32,000 nucleotides of DNA from Saccharolobus solfataricus (GTDB taxonomy: Archaea; Thermoproteota; Thermoprotei_A; Sulfolobales; Sulfolobaceae), in the NCBI RefSeq assembly GCF_900079115.1, contig NZ_LT549890.1:2250001-2282000 (forward strand), written 5' to 3'. The notes under the pieces are model-generated. The model was not told the DNA's origin and ran no database searches. It saw only the letters and a program-made list of their open reading frames with translations. Shown here piece by piece: positions 10,015 to 20,187 of this stretch (position 1 is its first letter; each line of letters opens with the position of its first letter). The position numbers and the translations under genes are program-made.

Positions 10015-10191
10015 ATGAGAGTTGTAACATTTAAAGTGGAAGAGGATTTGTTAGAACTATTAGATAGATATGCTATAAAATACGGTTTAAATAGATCTGA
10101 AGCCATACGTAAAGCCATAGAAAAAATGGTAAGAGATGAGTTATCAAAGGAGAGAGTCCCAGTGGCAAGAGTGGAAAAGATAAAGCTTTAA
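10015..10191 (+). CDS. Small ribbon-helix-helix (CopG-family) protein, 58 aa; not in the supplied ORF track
   Basis: Own translation: [58 protein letters not shown]. This is a textbook RHH pattern (...[10 protein letters not shown]...). A TATA-like tatatata box lies about 20 nt upstream. Confidence 0.6.
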   Translation: MRVVTFKVEEDLLELLDRYAIKYGLNRSEAIRKAIEKMVRDELSKERVPVARVEKIKL

Positions 10192-10823
10192 TAAGATAAA
10201 GCGTAAACCACTTTCTTGCTCTCCTCTACGTTTTCATCTATGAGATTGTTTTTCAGATCTATTCTTCTTATCTCATATTTTAGGTTGGCTAAGAACTCTT
10301 CTGGGGGATCTAAAGGCATATAGTGCCCTTTTATCCAATAGTGAATCGGGATTATTATTTTGGGTGAAATCTTATTAATTATCTCTAGGGCTTCTTTGAA
10401 ATTTATGGTAATTACACCACCTATAGGTATCAATAGGACATCTGCCCCATATAACTCCTTATAAGTATTCTCTTCAAGGAGATGGCCTAGATCCCCAAGG
10501 TGTACGATTTTTTTACCATCACTCCTTTGTAGGACGTATATGCTATTTTCCCCTCTTAGTTTACCGTTATACTTATCATGATAACTCTTTATTCCCTTTA
10601 TTGTATAGTTAGAATAGGTTAAGGATCCATAAAAATTAATTTTAACATCTTTGTATTCAAAGATTTGATACGCGTTATGGTCGTAATGATCATGAGTTAC
10701 TAAAATTAGGTCTACCTTTTTTATATCCGGTTTAGGTAAACCAATACTTCCTCCATCGTGCGGATCAATTAATATTCTATCATCAATTAAAACACAAGAA
10801 TGTCCGAAATATTTTAGTACCAT
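10188..10823 (-). CDS. Metallo-beta-lactamase-fold hydrolase
   Basis: HxHxDH motif (THDHYDH), later HLGDLGH and IPIHY. It starts 8 nt downstream of the IPMS-family gene, so it looks like an operon. Confidence 0.8.
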   Translation of the reverse strand: MVLKYFGHSCVLIDDRILIDPHDGGSIGLPKPDIKKVDLILVTHDHYDHNAYQIFEYKDVKINFYGSLTYSNYTIKGIKSYHDKYNGKLRGENSIYVLQRSDGKKIVHLGDLGHLLEENTYKELYGADVLLIPIGGVITINFKEALEIINKISPKIIIPIHYWIKGHYMPLDPPEEFLANLKYEIRRIDLKNNLIDENVEESKKVVYALSY

Positions 10824-10831
10824 ACAATCGT

Positions 10832-11971
10832 TTAAGAATTCATTAATTTAAGTGCAATGTTTTTCGCATCCTCTACTGTTACCTTATTACCTGATTCTGC
10901 CAGTTTCTTAATCTCAGCTAGGACTATCTTTAATTTATCGTCTGATAGATATATTCCTTGTTCTTCTAATAATTTTCTTAACCCATGTATTCCGCTATGT
11001 TTACCTAGTGCTAGTCTTCTGAAATTACCTACTTCTTCTGGTGAAATTGGTTCGTATGTGAATGGGTTTTCTATTACTCCATGAACGTGTATCCCAGATT
11101 CGTGTCCAAATGCATTATCACCGACAATTGCCTTGAAATAGGGAACTGGTACGCCGGTCATTTCAGCTACAAACCTACTTACCTCATATAATTTCCACGT
11201 TTTCACATTTGTCTCATAATTTAGTAATTTCTTTATACCCATTACTACTTCCTCTAATGACGCGTTTCCTGCTCTCTCACCTATACCATTTACAGTAACA
11301 TGAGCTTGTCTGGCACCTGCATACACGCCAGCTAAAGAATTTGCTGTTGCTAGTCCGAAATCATTATGGCAATGAACACTTACTATTATTCTCTCACCTA
11401 CGAAGTTTACAATTTTCTTTATCATATCATAGTACTTAAAAGGATGCATTGTCCCTACAGTATCCGGTATATTGATCCTATCGGCTCCTGCTTCTATTGC
11501 AGTTCTAATTGCAGTAAATAGGAAGTCTTCTTCAGTTCTCGTTGCATCCTCTGGACTAAACTCTACTATCATACCGTGATCTTTTGCGTATTTTACACTT
11601 TCATAAATCTTATTTAATACCTCCTCCTTTGTCATCTTTAATTTATATTTCATATGCAATTCGGAAGTCGCTATGAACAAGTGTATACTCGAGATCCCAG
11701 TACTTATTGTCTTATCTATATCGTTCTTATTAGATCTAGATAATCCAATTACTTCTACTTGATCTCCTATCTCTTCAAAAATCTTTCTGGTAGCTATGAA
11801 TTCTCCTTCTGAAGAAGCAGGGAAACCTGCTTCTATTACATCAACACCTAAATCGGCTAACTTTCTCGCTATCATTATCTTTTGTTCTGTTGTTAAATCT
11901 ATACCGGGAGCTTGTTCGCCGTCTCTTAACGTGGTATCGAATATTCTAATTTTCTTAGACGTAGAGAATAC
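10832..11971 (-). CDS. 2-isopropylmalate synthase / homocitrate synthase / citramalate synthase family enzyme (short form without LeuA regulatory domain); start codon unresolved
   Basis: HMGL-like TIM-barrel motifs: [30 protein letters not shown]. The catalytic [22 protein letters not shown] lies upstream of the track start (ATG 11875), in frame. It is bounded by TGA at 11974..11972, with no ATG/GTG/TTG in between (see finding). Confidence 0.8.
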   Translation of the reverse strand, partial: VFSTSKKIRIFDTTLRDGEQAPGIDLTTEQKIMIARKLADLGVDVIEAGFPASSEGEFIATRKIFEEIGDQVEVIGLSRSNKNDIDKTISTGISSIHLFIATSELHMKYKLKMTKEEVLNKIYESVKYAKDHGMIVEFSPEDATRTEEDFLFTAIRTAIEAGADRINIPDTVGTMHPFKYYDMIKKIVNFVGERIIVSVHCHNDFGLATANSLAGVYAGARQAHVTVNGIGERAGNASLEEVVMGIKKLLNYETNVKTWKLYEVSRFVAEMTGVPVPYFKAIVGDNAFGHESGIHVHGVIENPFTYEPISPEEVGNFRRLALGKHSGIHGLRKLLEEQGIYLSDDKLKIVLAEIKKLAESGNKVTVEDAKNIALKLMNS

Positions 11972-12023
11972 TCATACCTCGTACGCACCATGATAACTAC
12001 CGTATAATGCTATTTAAAACTTA

Positions 12024-12638
12024 CTATTCATTATAATTTAAAACTTGTTCAATTATCATTCTGGCTATTTCTAACTTTTTTCTTTTTATCATTGATGCCG
12101 GTACGTTTCTCTGATAGTATGGTTTAGAGAATTTTCCAACAATTCCAGATTGAAAATCCATCGCGTATAATCTTATTTTACTAGCCTTCATATACTTCGC
12201 TAAAACTACAGCTCTATCTCCGTCAGTGAACCCACCATATAATCTTAAACGACCAAAAGGCATTACTTGTGAATTTGGAATTACTTTATCCATTTCCTTG
12301 ACCTTATGTAGTAGATTGATATTATCACCATGAGCCAATACTACGTATATTGGATTTTTAGGAAAAGTTTGAAGCCCATCTAAGTCAGTTACTATAATGT
12401 CAGGGACAATCCCTATATCTACTAGATAATTAGCTGCACCATCTGCTGCTATTATTACGTCTTCTTTAAGCTTATTTATTTTATCTAGCTGAGGACCCGC
12501 TCCCACTATCGCAATTTCTCTCCCTTTAATTAACTCTTTCAATTCAGCCTCATCATATTCCTTAGTTATAAGATAGTTCAGTATTGATGCAGAGATATAG
12601 TCGTCTCTTTCTTTGAATCCAAACCAACTCCTTATCAT
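12024..12638 (-). CDS. mptE: 6-hydroxymethyl-7,8-dihydropterin pyrophosphokinase, archaeal MptE type (DUF115)
   Basis: [11 protein letters not shown]...[27 protein letters not shown]...AHGDN matches the MptE/DUF115 signature. Confidence 0.75.
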   Translation of the reverse strand: MIRSWFGFKERDDYISASILNYLITKEYDEAELKELIKGREIAIVGAGPQLDKINKLKEDVIIAADGAANYLVDIGIVPDIIVTDLDGLQTFPKNPIYVVLAHGDNINLLHKVKEMDKVIPNSQVMPFGRLRLYGGFTDGDRAVVLAKYMKASKIRLYAMDFQSGIVGKFSKPYYQRNVPASMIKRKKLEIARMIIEQVLNYNE

Positions 12639-12649
12639 TTTATAAAAAT

Positions 12650-12856
12650 TTATCCACCATAACGTATTATAAAGTAAATTGTATCACCTTCTTGTTTAAT
12701 TATGTTAATCGTATATCTATCTTTTATTATCTCGAAATATGGATTTGCTGATTTTATCTTGAAGATCACATTGTTGTTATTGAACAAATACTCTATAGCC
12801 TCTAATGGGTCACTTGAGCATGTATAAGAGTCTAGGTCAATCGTGAAATTCGTCAT
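12650..12856 (-). CDS. Candidate ThiS/MoaD-like beta-grasp mini-protein ending in Gly-Gly (68 aa from ATG 12856; 72 aa from TTG 12868)
   Basis: C-terminus ...[17 protein letters not shown]-stop. The length and the GD-x8-GG end resemble ThiS/MoaD. It is tightly packed between the HEPN gene (20-32 nt overlap) and mptE (11-nt gap). Confidence 0.4.
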   Translation of the reverse strand: MTNFTIDLDSYTCSSDPLEAIEYLFNNNNVIFKIKSANPYFEIIKDRYTINIIKQEGDTIYFIIRYGG

Positions 12857-13229
12857 ATATTTTCTCAACCTCCTCTAGAATTTTAGATATCTCATCAACT
12901 AACATTTCCGCCTCTTTATTCCTTATTACTACAGTTGGAGTTTTCAGAGAGGATTCGTTAATTAAAGTAATTGGAATCAACCTATATTCCAGATCTCTCA
13001 ATTTCTTCTCCAACATACTTCCATCATTAAGGAATAGCGCGGTATTCCAAAATAAATCGTACTTAAATACGTCTCTCAGAGATAGTAATACCTTAGCTAA
13101 ATTTTCTACAGTGTCTAAGGTCCTTATTACAGTATAATAGAGGTCTCCGTCCTCAAAGGCTATTTGCGCCTCTTTTAATGTCCTCCTAGCCCTGAGTAAA
13201 TATTCGGCGGCTACTAAACTTTTATCCAT
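12837..13229 (-). CDS. HEPN-domain-like protein (130 aa), lacking the Rx4-6H motif
   Basis: The N-terminal helix pair AAEYLLRARRTLKEAQIAFEDGDLYYTVIRTLDTVENLAKVLLSL fits the HEPN pattern. It overlaps the upstream NTase-like gene by 8 nt, the usual MNT-HEPN arrangement. The only His is the penultimate residue. Confidence 0.5.
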   Translation of the reverse strand: MDKSLVAAEYLLRARRTLKEAQIAFEDGDLYYTVIRTLDTVENLAKVLLSLRDVFKYDLFWNTALFLNDGSMLEKKLRDLEYRLIPITLINESSLKTPTVVIRNKEAEMLVDEISKILEEVEKIYDEFHD

Positions 13230-13599
13230 TTTTCTCTTCCTCTACCGAATATATTACTCTACCGTGAGTATTAAGATATTCTAATAATGGTATTTCGTAT
13301 TCTAACTCTTTAGGGGATAGTAATAATCCGTAAATTTTAGGTAAAATTCCGTAATTTAAGATAAAATCTTTTGTTGTCTCCTTATTTCTAACTTTATTGT
13401 AAAAGAACGAAAATATCTCGCCTCTTGCATAAAGTGATATTTTAGAGACCTTATCCAAGGTTATTAGAAAAATTGTCTCCTCAGTCTCATCATTTTTCTC
13501 AAAAGATTTCCCACCAACTATGATCTTTTTAACGTAATCCCCATACCATTCTATAAAAAGAGAGGATAGGTCCTCAATTACACGCAGAAGTAACTTCAT
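13222..13599 (-). CDS. Minimal nucleotidyltransferase (pol-beta fold)-like protein, catalytic motif degenerate
   Basis: The size, the position upstream of HEPN, and IIVGGKSFEKNDETEETIFLITL, which resembles the G[SG]x9-10DxD segment. The DxD carboxylates are not conserved. Confidence 0.4.
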   Translation of the reverse strand: MKLLLRVIEDLSSLFIEWYGDYVKKIIVGGKSFEKNDETEETIFLITLDKVSKISLYARGEIFSFFYNKVRNKETTKDFILNYGILPKIYGLLLSPKELEYEIPLLEYLNTHGRVIYSVEEEKNG

Positions 13600-13631
13600 G
13601 TTTAATAGTTAGTTACTCAATATAAAAAATT

Positions 13632-14135
13632 ATGAATGGAGATGCTCAAAGTTACTTGATGGAGCGAATTAGTATTGCATTACCTATCCTGGAAATATCT
13701 GTACCTTGTAATACTACTTGTGTTATGATGACTAAGTATAAACACCTTCTATCAATAGAGAATTTCAAAGCTCAGTTAGAAATATTAGACAGTTTAATTA
13801 ATCTAATTGAAGATAAAATATACACGCTAAGACATGAGATTGAAGATAAGTTCTCTCAGTATAAGGCTAACGTTAATATAGATAATTTAGTATATGCCAT
13901 TTACAAGATGATTGAGGAGGGTGGAAATATGATTCTAGGCGAAAAGGTATATTTTGGGAATAAGGAAGTAGCTTACGGTGAGTATACAGTTTTAATCGGA
14001 TTCCACAACCTTGTTGAAAAGATTGTGAAGAGTGATTCCAATATCAGATCATTATGTGATGAGATAAGATATTTAAGTGAATCTACATGGGAACATTTTG
14101 ACAAAAACATAAGGAGGTCTTTAAATGAAAGTTAG
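13632..14135 (+). CDS. Hypothetical protein (up to 167 aa) co-oriented with and overlapping the PTPS/QueD-like gene
   Basis: ORF with an 11-nt overlap onto the next gene. No recognised motif. The start may be an internal Met (MMTKYKH...). Confidence 0.5.
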   Translation: MNGDAQSYLMERISIALPILEISVPCNTTCVMMTKYKHLLSIENFKAQLEILDSLINLIEDKIYTLRHEIEDKFSQYKANVNIDNLVYAIYKMIEEGGNMILGEKVYFGNKEVAYGEYTVLIGFHNLVEKIVKSDSNIRSLCDEIRYLSESTWEHFDKNIRRSLNES

Positions 14136-14541
14136 AGTTGGTATCGAAGGAATCACGATGGATTCAGCCCACTACACCTTGTCGTCTTATGCTGATAGCC
14201 AAATCCATGGACATACGTATATTGTTAATGTGGAAGTAGAGGGTGAAGTCAATGAGAAATCTGGGTTTGTAGTGGATTTTAACTTACTCAAAAAGATAAT
14301 TAAAGAGACAATACAAGAATGGGATCACAAACTCATCATACCTAAAGTTGATTTAGATAAGTCGAGGTTTGAAGGCCCATTTAGGGTAGATTATAAGGTA
14401 ATAGATGCTCCATTTCCTACTGCTGAGTATATAGGTATTGAAATAGCCAAGGATATATACCTAAAACTCAATAAAAAATATAGAATACTTTTGAAGATAT
14501 ATGAGGGAAAGGATTCATATGCAATTATAGAGTATCCATAA
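14125..14541 (+). CDS. 6-pyruvoyl-tetrahydropterin synthase / QueD family protein
   Basis: SAHYTL...[16 protein letters not shown]....[13 protein letters not shown]...WDHKLI shows the PTPS/QueD zinc-ligand and fold motifs. Confidence 0.8.
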   Translation: MKVRVGIEGITMDSAHYTLSSYADSQIHGHTYIVNVEVEGEVNEKSGFVVDFNLLKKIIKETIQEWDHKLIIPKVDLDKSRFEGPFRVDYKVIDAPFPTAEYIGIEIAKDIYLKLNKKYRILLKIYEGKDSYAIIEYP

Positions 14542-14584
14542 TATAAATAAATAAAAATGATAAATAGGATTTAGATCTTTCACC

Positions 14585-15028
14585 TTATGTAGAGAGGATT
14601 AGGAAACGTAGACCTATATTGTCTATCCATTTACATTCTTTAGACTCTTTTGTCGTTTTATAACAAAGTATGGAATTATCGTTAAATTTAAAACACCAAT
14701 CCTTACCCTCTTCAAGTCGTTTAAATAACTGATTTACATTTTTTACAGTTTCCTCTTTACCATTGCACAAATACCCTGTAATCTCATATCTCTTTATAAT
14801 CACGTCATGATTAAAAACAAATATCCCACCGAATATTGCAGGATAGCATAACTTCTTATCCCTATTTTCACACGCTATATCTATCCTAAAAGATTTAGAC
14901 AATTGTAAGAGAAATTCCTTTACGTCTTCATCTGCATTCTTTAGCGTAATTATCGGCGGAATTACACTGAAGACAAACGTAAAATCGTTAACCTCTTTTC
15001 TTATCGTGCTCGGTATGGAGATTATCAT
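14585..15028 (-). CDS. Hypothetical Cys-rich protein (147 aa) downstream of the DHPS-like gene
   Basis: ORF overlapping the DHPS-like 3' end by 41 nt on the same strand. No recognised motif. Confidence 0.45.
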   Translation of the reverse strand: MIISIPSTIRKEVNDFTFVFSVIPPIITLKNADEDVKEFLLQLSKSFRIDIACENRDKKLCYPAIFGGIFVFNHDVIIKRYEITGYLCNGKEETVKNVNQLFKRLEEGKDWCFKFNDNSILCYKTTKESKECKWIDNIGLRFLILST

Positions 15029-16484
15029 TAATTATCTTTTTGAACAATGGCTTGTCTTGAATATAATTTTTATCAAGTTGATACGCAATCTCAGCCTTGG
15101 CCAACTCATATCCTATATACACGGCATGCTCTTTGCTAATATCCTTAACTCTCCTAATCAGCTCTCTGCCAATGCTTAGCCCATCTTTTCCTTTTATTGT
15201 TATCTTGTTTTTCCCAATCCATTCTACTCCAAATCCATCTTCACTCACGAAAATTTTTGCAAATCCGGTATTATCCATTTCAGGCTCTATACGCCTATTA
15301 ACAATCACGTCAGCGTTAAAACTCTCCCTAAATCTTCTCTTATCCTTAAGTACTAACAAATCTATTCCTATATCTTTGGGAAGTCTATTTTCCTTCAAAG
15401 CTACACTTATCATTTTTGTAGCTTGTGATACTTCCCAACTACTCCACCTCGTTTTCCCCTTTTCCATAATTAATAAGTTAGAAATTCCCAACTCTCCAGC
15501 AATTGCGGTTAGTAGTGCATTCATTCCTATACTATCTGCATCAATGAGTTCAGTCACGTTAAGAATTCCCATTAGAATAGGTATATCTTGCAACGTCTCT
15601 CTGACGTACTTATACCCAATTATACTGCTTACTAACCCTCTTAGGGGAGGCGATAATACGGGATCTGCTATTAATTTATCGAATCCTTTTTGTTTGGCTT
15701 TTTTTACGAGATCAATAGTTATTTCTCCTCTATTTTCAGTGTTAAACGGGGCTACAACAAATGCTGCTTCTTTCCTAATTTCCTCAAGTTCCTCAAAGTT
15801 ATTTTCATTTAGGTTAAATACGAATGAAGCTCCAGCTCTTACACCTTCTTTTAATTCTCTGGGCGATTCAGCATCTATTCCAACAACGTAACCGTAGTCC
15901 ACTAATTGTTTAACCTTATTTTTAACCTCGTCCAAATCGTAGTGACCCACTGGAAAACCTAATACTACTACGTCAACGTTTTTTCTTATTCTATCCAATT
16001 TCTCGAATTCTTGCTTATTGTCTATTTCCAAGAAAATTCTAAATGGCGGTGGATAAGTTGTAATCTTAATTCCATTTATTTCAAACGAAATCTTAGCTTC
16101 TTCCTCCATTTTTCTTAGCTTCTCTTCAATATTATCCATTTTACCTATGATCTTATCAGCAGATTCCGTTGTGGAGAGTTGTATCCCATTTTTCAATGCC
16201 TCAATTACTCTAGGGAGATCCCATGCTTCCTCTGTCCCTTTAAAAGTTCTCACTCCCGTAACTTCCTCAACAATTTTGGCGTCGCCATAGACTAAACCTG
16301 GTAAAAGGATGTAATCTGCATCAAATTTGGTCTGCTTCAAGTTTTCTGCTATAAACTTTGTACTCATTAATGAGGCAACAGGGTAATTAAGTACCTTAAT
16401 CTCAACTTTAGTATCTTTAATGTTTTTAGCAACTTCAGAAAGTATTGGTGCAGCTAAAGTTCCAGTTACTACTAATACTTTCAC
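14988..16484 (-). CDS. Dihydropteroate synthase-like (pterin-binding domain) protein with an extra N-terminal Rossmann-like domain, 498 aa
   Basis: Central/C-terminal pterin-binding TIM-barrel-like segments: VVGIDAESP, LIADPVLSPP, ILMGILNVTELIDADSIGMNALLTAIAGELGISNLLI. It clusters with MptE and the PTPS-like gene. Confidence 0.7.
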   Translation of the reverse strand: MKVLVVTGTLAAPILSEVAKNIKDTKVEIKVLNYPVASLMSTKFIAENLKQTKFDADYILLPGLVYGDAKIVEEVTGVRTFKGTEEAWDLPRVIEALKNGIQLSTTESADKIIGKMDNIEEKLRKMEEEAKISFEINGIKITTYPPPFRIFLEIDNKQEFEKLDRIRKNVDVVVLGFPVGHYDLDEVKNKVKQLVDYGYVVGIDAESPRELKEGVRAGASFVFNLNENNFEELEEIRKEAAFVVAPFNTENRGEITIDLVKKAKQKGFDKLIADPVLSPPLRGLVSSIIGYKYVRETLQDIPILMGILNVTELIDADSIGMNALLTAIAGELGISNLLIMEKGKTRWSSWEVSQATKMISVALKENRLPKDIGIDLLVLKDKRRFRESFNADVIVNRRIEPEMDNTGFAKIFVSEDGFGVEWIGKNKITIKGKDGLSIGRELIRRVKDISKEHAVYIGYELAKAEIAYQLDKNYIQDKPLFKKIINDNLHTEHDKKRG

Positions 16485-16543
16485 ACATTTATTCTAGTTT
16501 TTACGGTATTTAATTTCACGTTTTTAGAATCGTTGAACAAAAC

Positions 16544-16554
16544 TCTTAAAAATT
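16544..16554 (+). promoter_or_regulatory. TATA-box-like element (cTTAAAAATt) about 26 nt upstream of the trxB start; consistent with a leaderless transcript
   Basis: The sequence and spacing typical of Sulfolobales promoters. Not otherwise verified. Confidence 0.3.
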
Positions 16555-16563
16555 ATTTAGTAA

Positions 16564-18338
<1,775 letters not shown>

Positions 18339-20187
18339 CTGAGGGATGTATTTTATTAAGTGCATCTATTAAGTCTTCTCTAGTTAACGTTCTATTGCTT
18401 TCTCCCCTTAAAATACTCTTTAACACTTTCATCTTAGCCTCTCTTGCCAATGCTGCTAAGTCAGCCCCTGAATAGCCTTCCGTCTGGTCCGCTAAAATTC
18501 CACAATCTACTTTTTCACATTCCTCTTTTCCAATATATTTCATTAGTATATCTAACCTTTCTTCCCTATTTGGAAGTGGCATATGAATAATTTTATCAAA
18601 TCTACCAGGTCTCAATAGGGCTGGATCTATGGCTTTTAACCTATTTGTAGTTCCTATTACAACTACTTCCTTTAGGCTTCTTATTCCATCCATCTCTGTT
18701 AACAATTGATTAACAATTTTTGAGGAATCCCCATAGCTCTTATAGCTTCTTTTAGACGCAATGGCATCTAGTTCATCTAATAAAATTATTGCAGGCTTAT
18801 TTTCTCTCGCTCTATTAAATACTTCCTTAATTGCAGCTATTGCACCCTCATACCCTTTGTACATAATCTCAGCCCCGCTTAACGCGATTAACTTAACGTT
18901 AAGTGTTTTAGCCAATGCCTTAGCCATCATGGTCTTACCTACACCTGGTGGACCGTAGAGTAATATTCCTCTAATTGGCGGTACTCTTAATTGTTCCAGT
19001 AGTTTATAATGATACAATTGTAACTCTAATAATTCTTTTAATTCAGTCTTTATTTCGTTGTATCCTCCTATATCATTTAAAGTTAATTTCTCTTCTAGTT
19101 CATTTTCCTCTTCTCCTTTACGTACTCTTCTTTCGAAATCTAGTCTGAATTTCTCATAATCTTCTATCATTTGTAGCGTTATACTAGGTTTATACTTTTT
19201 GATCAACTCGATGAAATCCGCCATAGTTATTTTCCTATCTGCGCCTTTTTCTATTGCTTCAGAAGCAACTTTTCTCGCGGCTTCTTGACATAAATTAGCT
19301 AAGTCCGCTCCACTATACCTCTCCGTAATTTCGGCTAGTTTATCAAAGTCTACATCCTCAGCCAACGGTTTCCCTCTACAATGTATTTGTAAAATTTGTT
19401 TCCTAGCCTCTTTATTTGGTGGACCAATGTAAATTAATTTATCAAATCTACCAGCTCTGAGTAATGCCTTATCTAACATTTGAGGAACGTTCGTAGACCC
19501 TACTACTATTACGCCGTCCTCACTATGTAATCCATCAATTTCCGATAACATTAGAGACAACAATCTGGGTGTTACTGAGTCGCCAGTATGTGACTCTCTT
19601 TTAACGCCTATTGTGTCTATTTCATCAAAGAAAAGGATACAAGGGGCGTTCTTTCTAGCATTATTAAATAACTCTCTCAGTCTAGCCTCACTTTCTCCAT
19701 ACCATTTACTCATAATATCGCTTATGTTAACGTAGAGGAAATTCAACTTAGATTCATTAGCTAATGCTCTCATCATCATAGTTTTTCCGCAACCTGGAGG
19801 GCCAAATAACAACATACCTTTAGGCGGCTTTAAGCCATATTTCGTTGCTACATCCTTATTTTTCAAGGGTAATTCTATGTACTCCCTTATTTCTTTTTTA
19901 GCATCCTCATATCCCCCTATATCGTCCCATGTTATCTTTTTGTCTTCTATCTCGACTTTTTTCTTCTGTGATTTATTCTGTAATTGCAAAGCTTTATCGG
20001 AATAGGCAAACTTGGCAGTTGATTTTCCAAAAATCTTCATGAGTATGATTACTAGTACTGCTAAGCTAATAAATATGATTGCTAAGTTAAGTACGGGTTC
20101 TATCAACTTAAATCAAGAAAAATATCTGCCTTTATGATTATAAGCTTATTTCAAAACTTTTTATCTAGAAAAGCACCCAATTAGTAT

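Noticed and set aside
12837-13599. The NTase-like/HEPN-like pair as an active MNT-HEPN toxin-antitoxin or defence module
   Set aside because: The gene order and the 8-nt overlap fit. However, the HEPN-like protein has no Rx4-6H RNase motif, with its only His penultimate. The NTase-like protein lacks the GS...DxD catalytic carboxylates. I keep it only as a degenerate or repurposed pair (see finding).
15097-15891. A 264-aa track ORF on the plus strand. Similar long antisense ORFs are at 2110..2511, 7520..7843, 17157..17471, 17852..18202, 20612..20989 and 27596..28165. Shorter ones are at 614..817, 805..1011, 3889..4116, 4500..4691, 4679..4924, 7076..7300, 10857..11084, 11796..11993, 18761..18958, 22424..22615, 23641..23832, 25948..26178, 28146..28334, 28616..28822 and 29600..29836.
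   Set aside because: All lie antisense to, or out of frame within, genes that have strong family motifs. Their translations are low-complexity S/L/I/F/P-rich strings with no motifs, as expected for shadow ORFs in AT-rich DNA.
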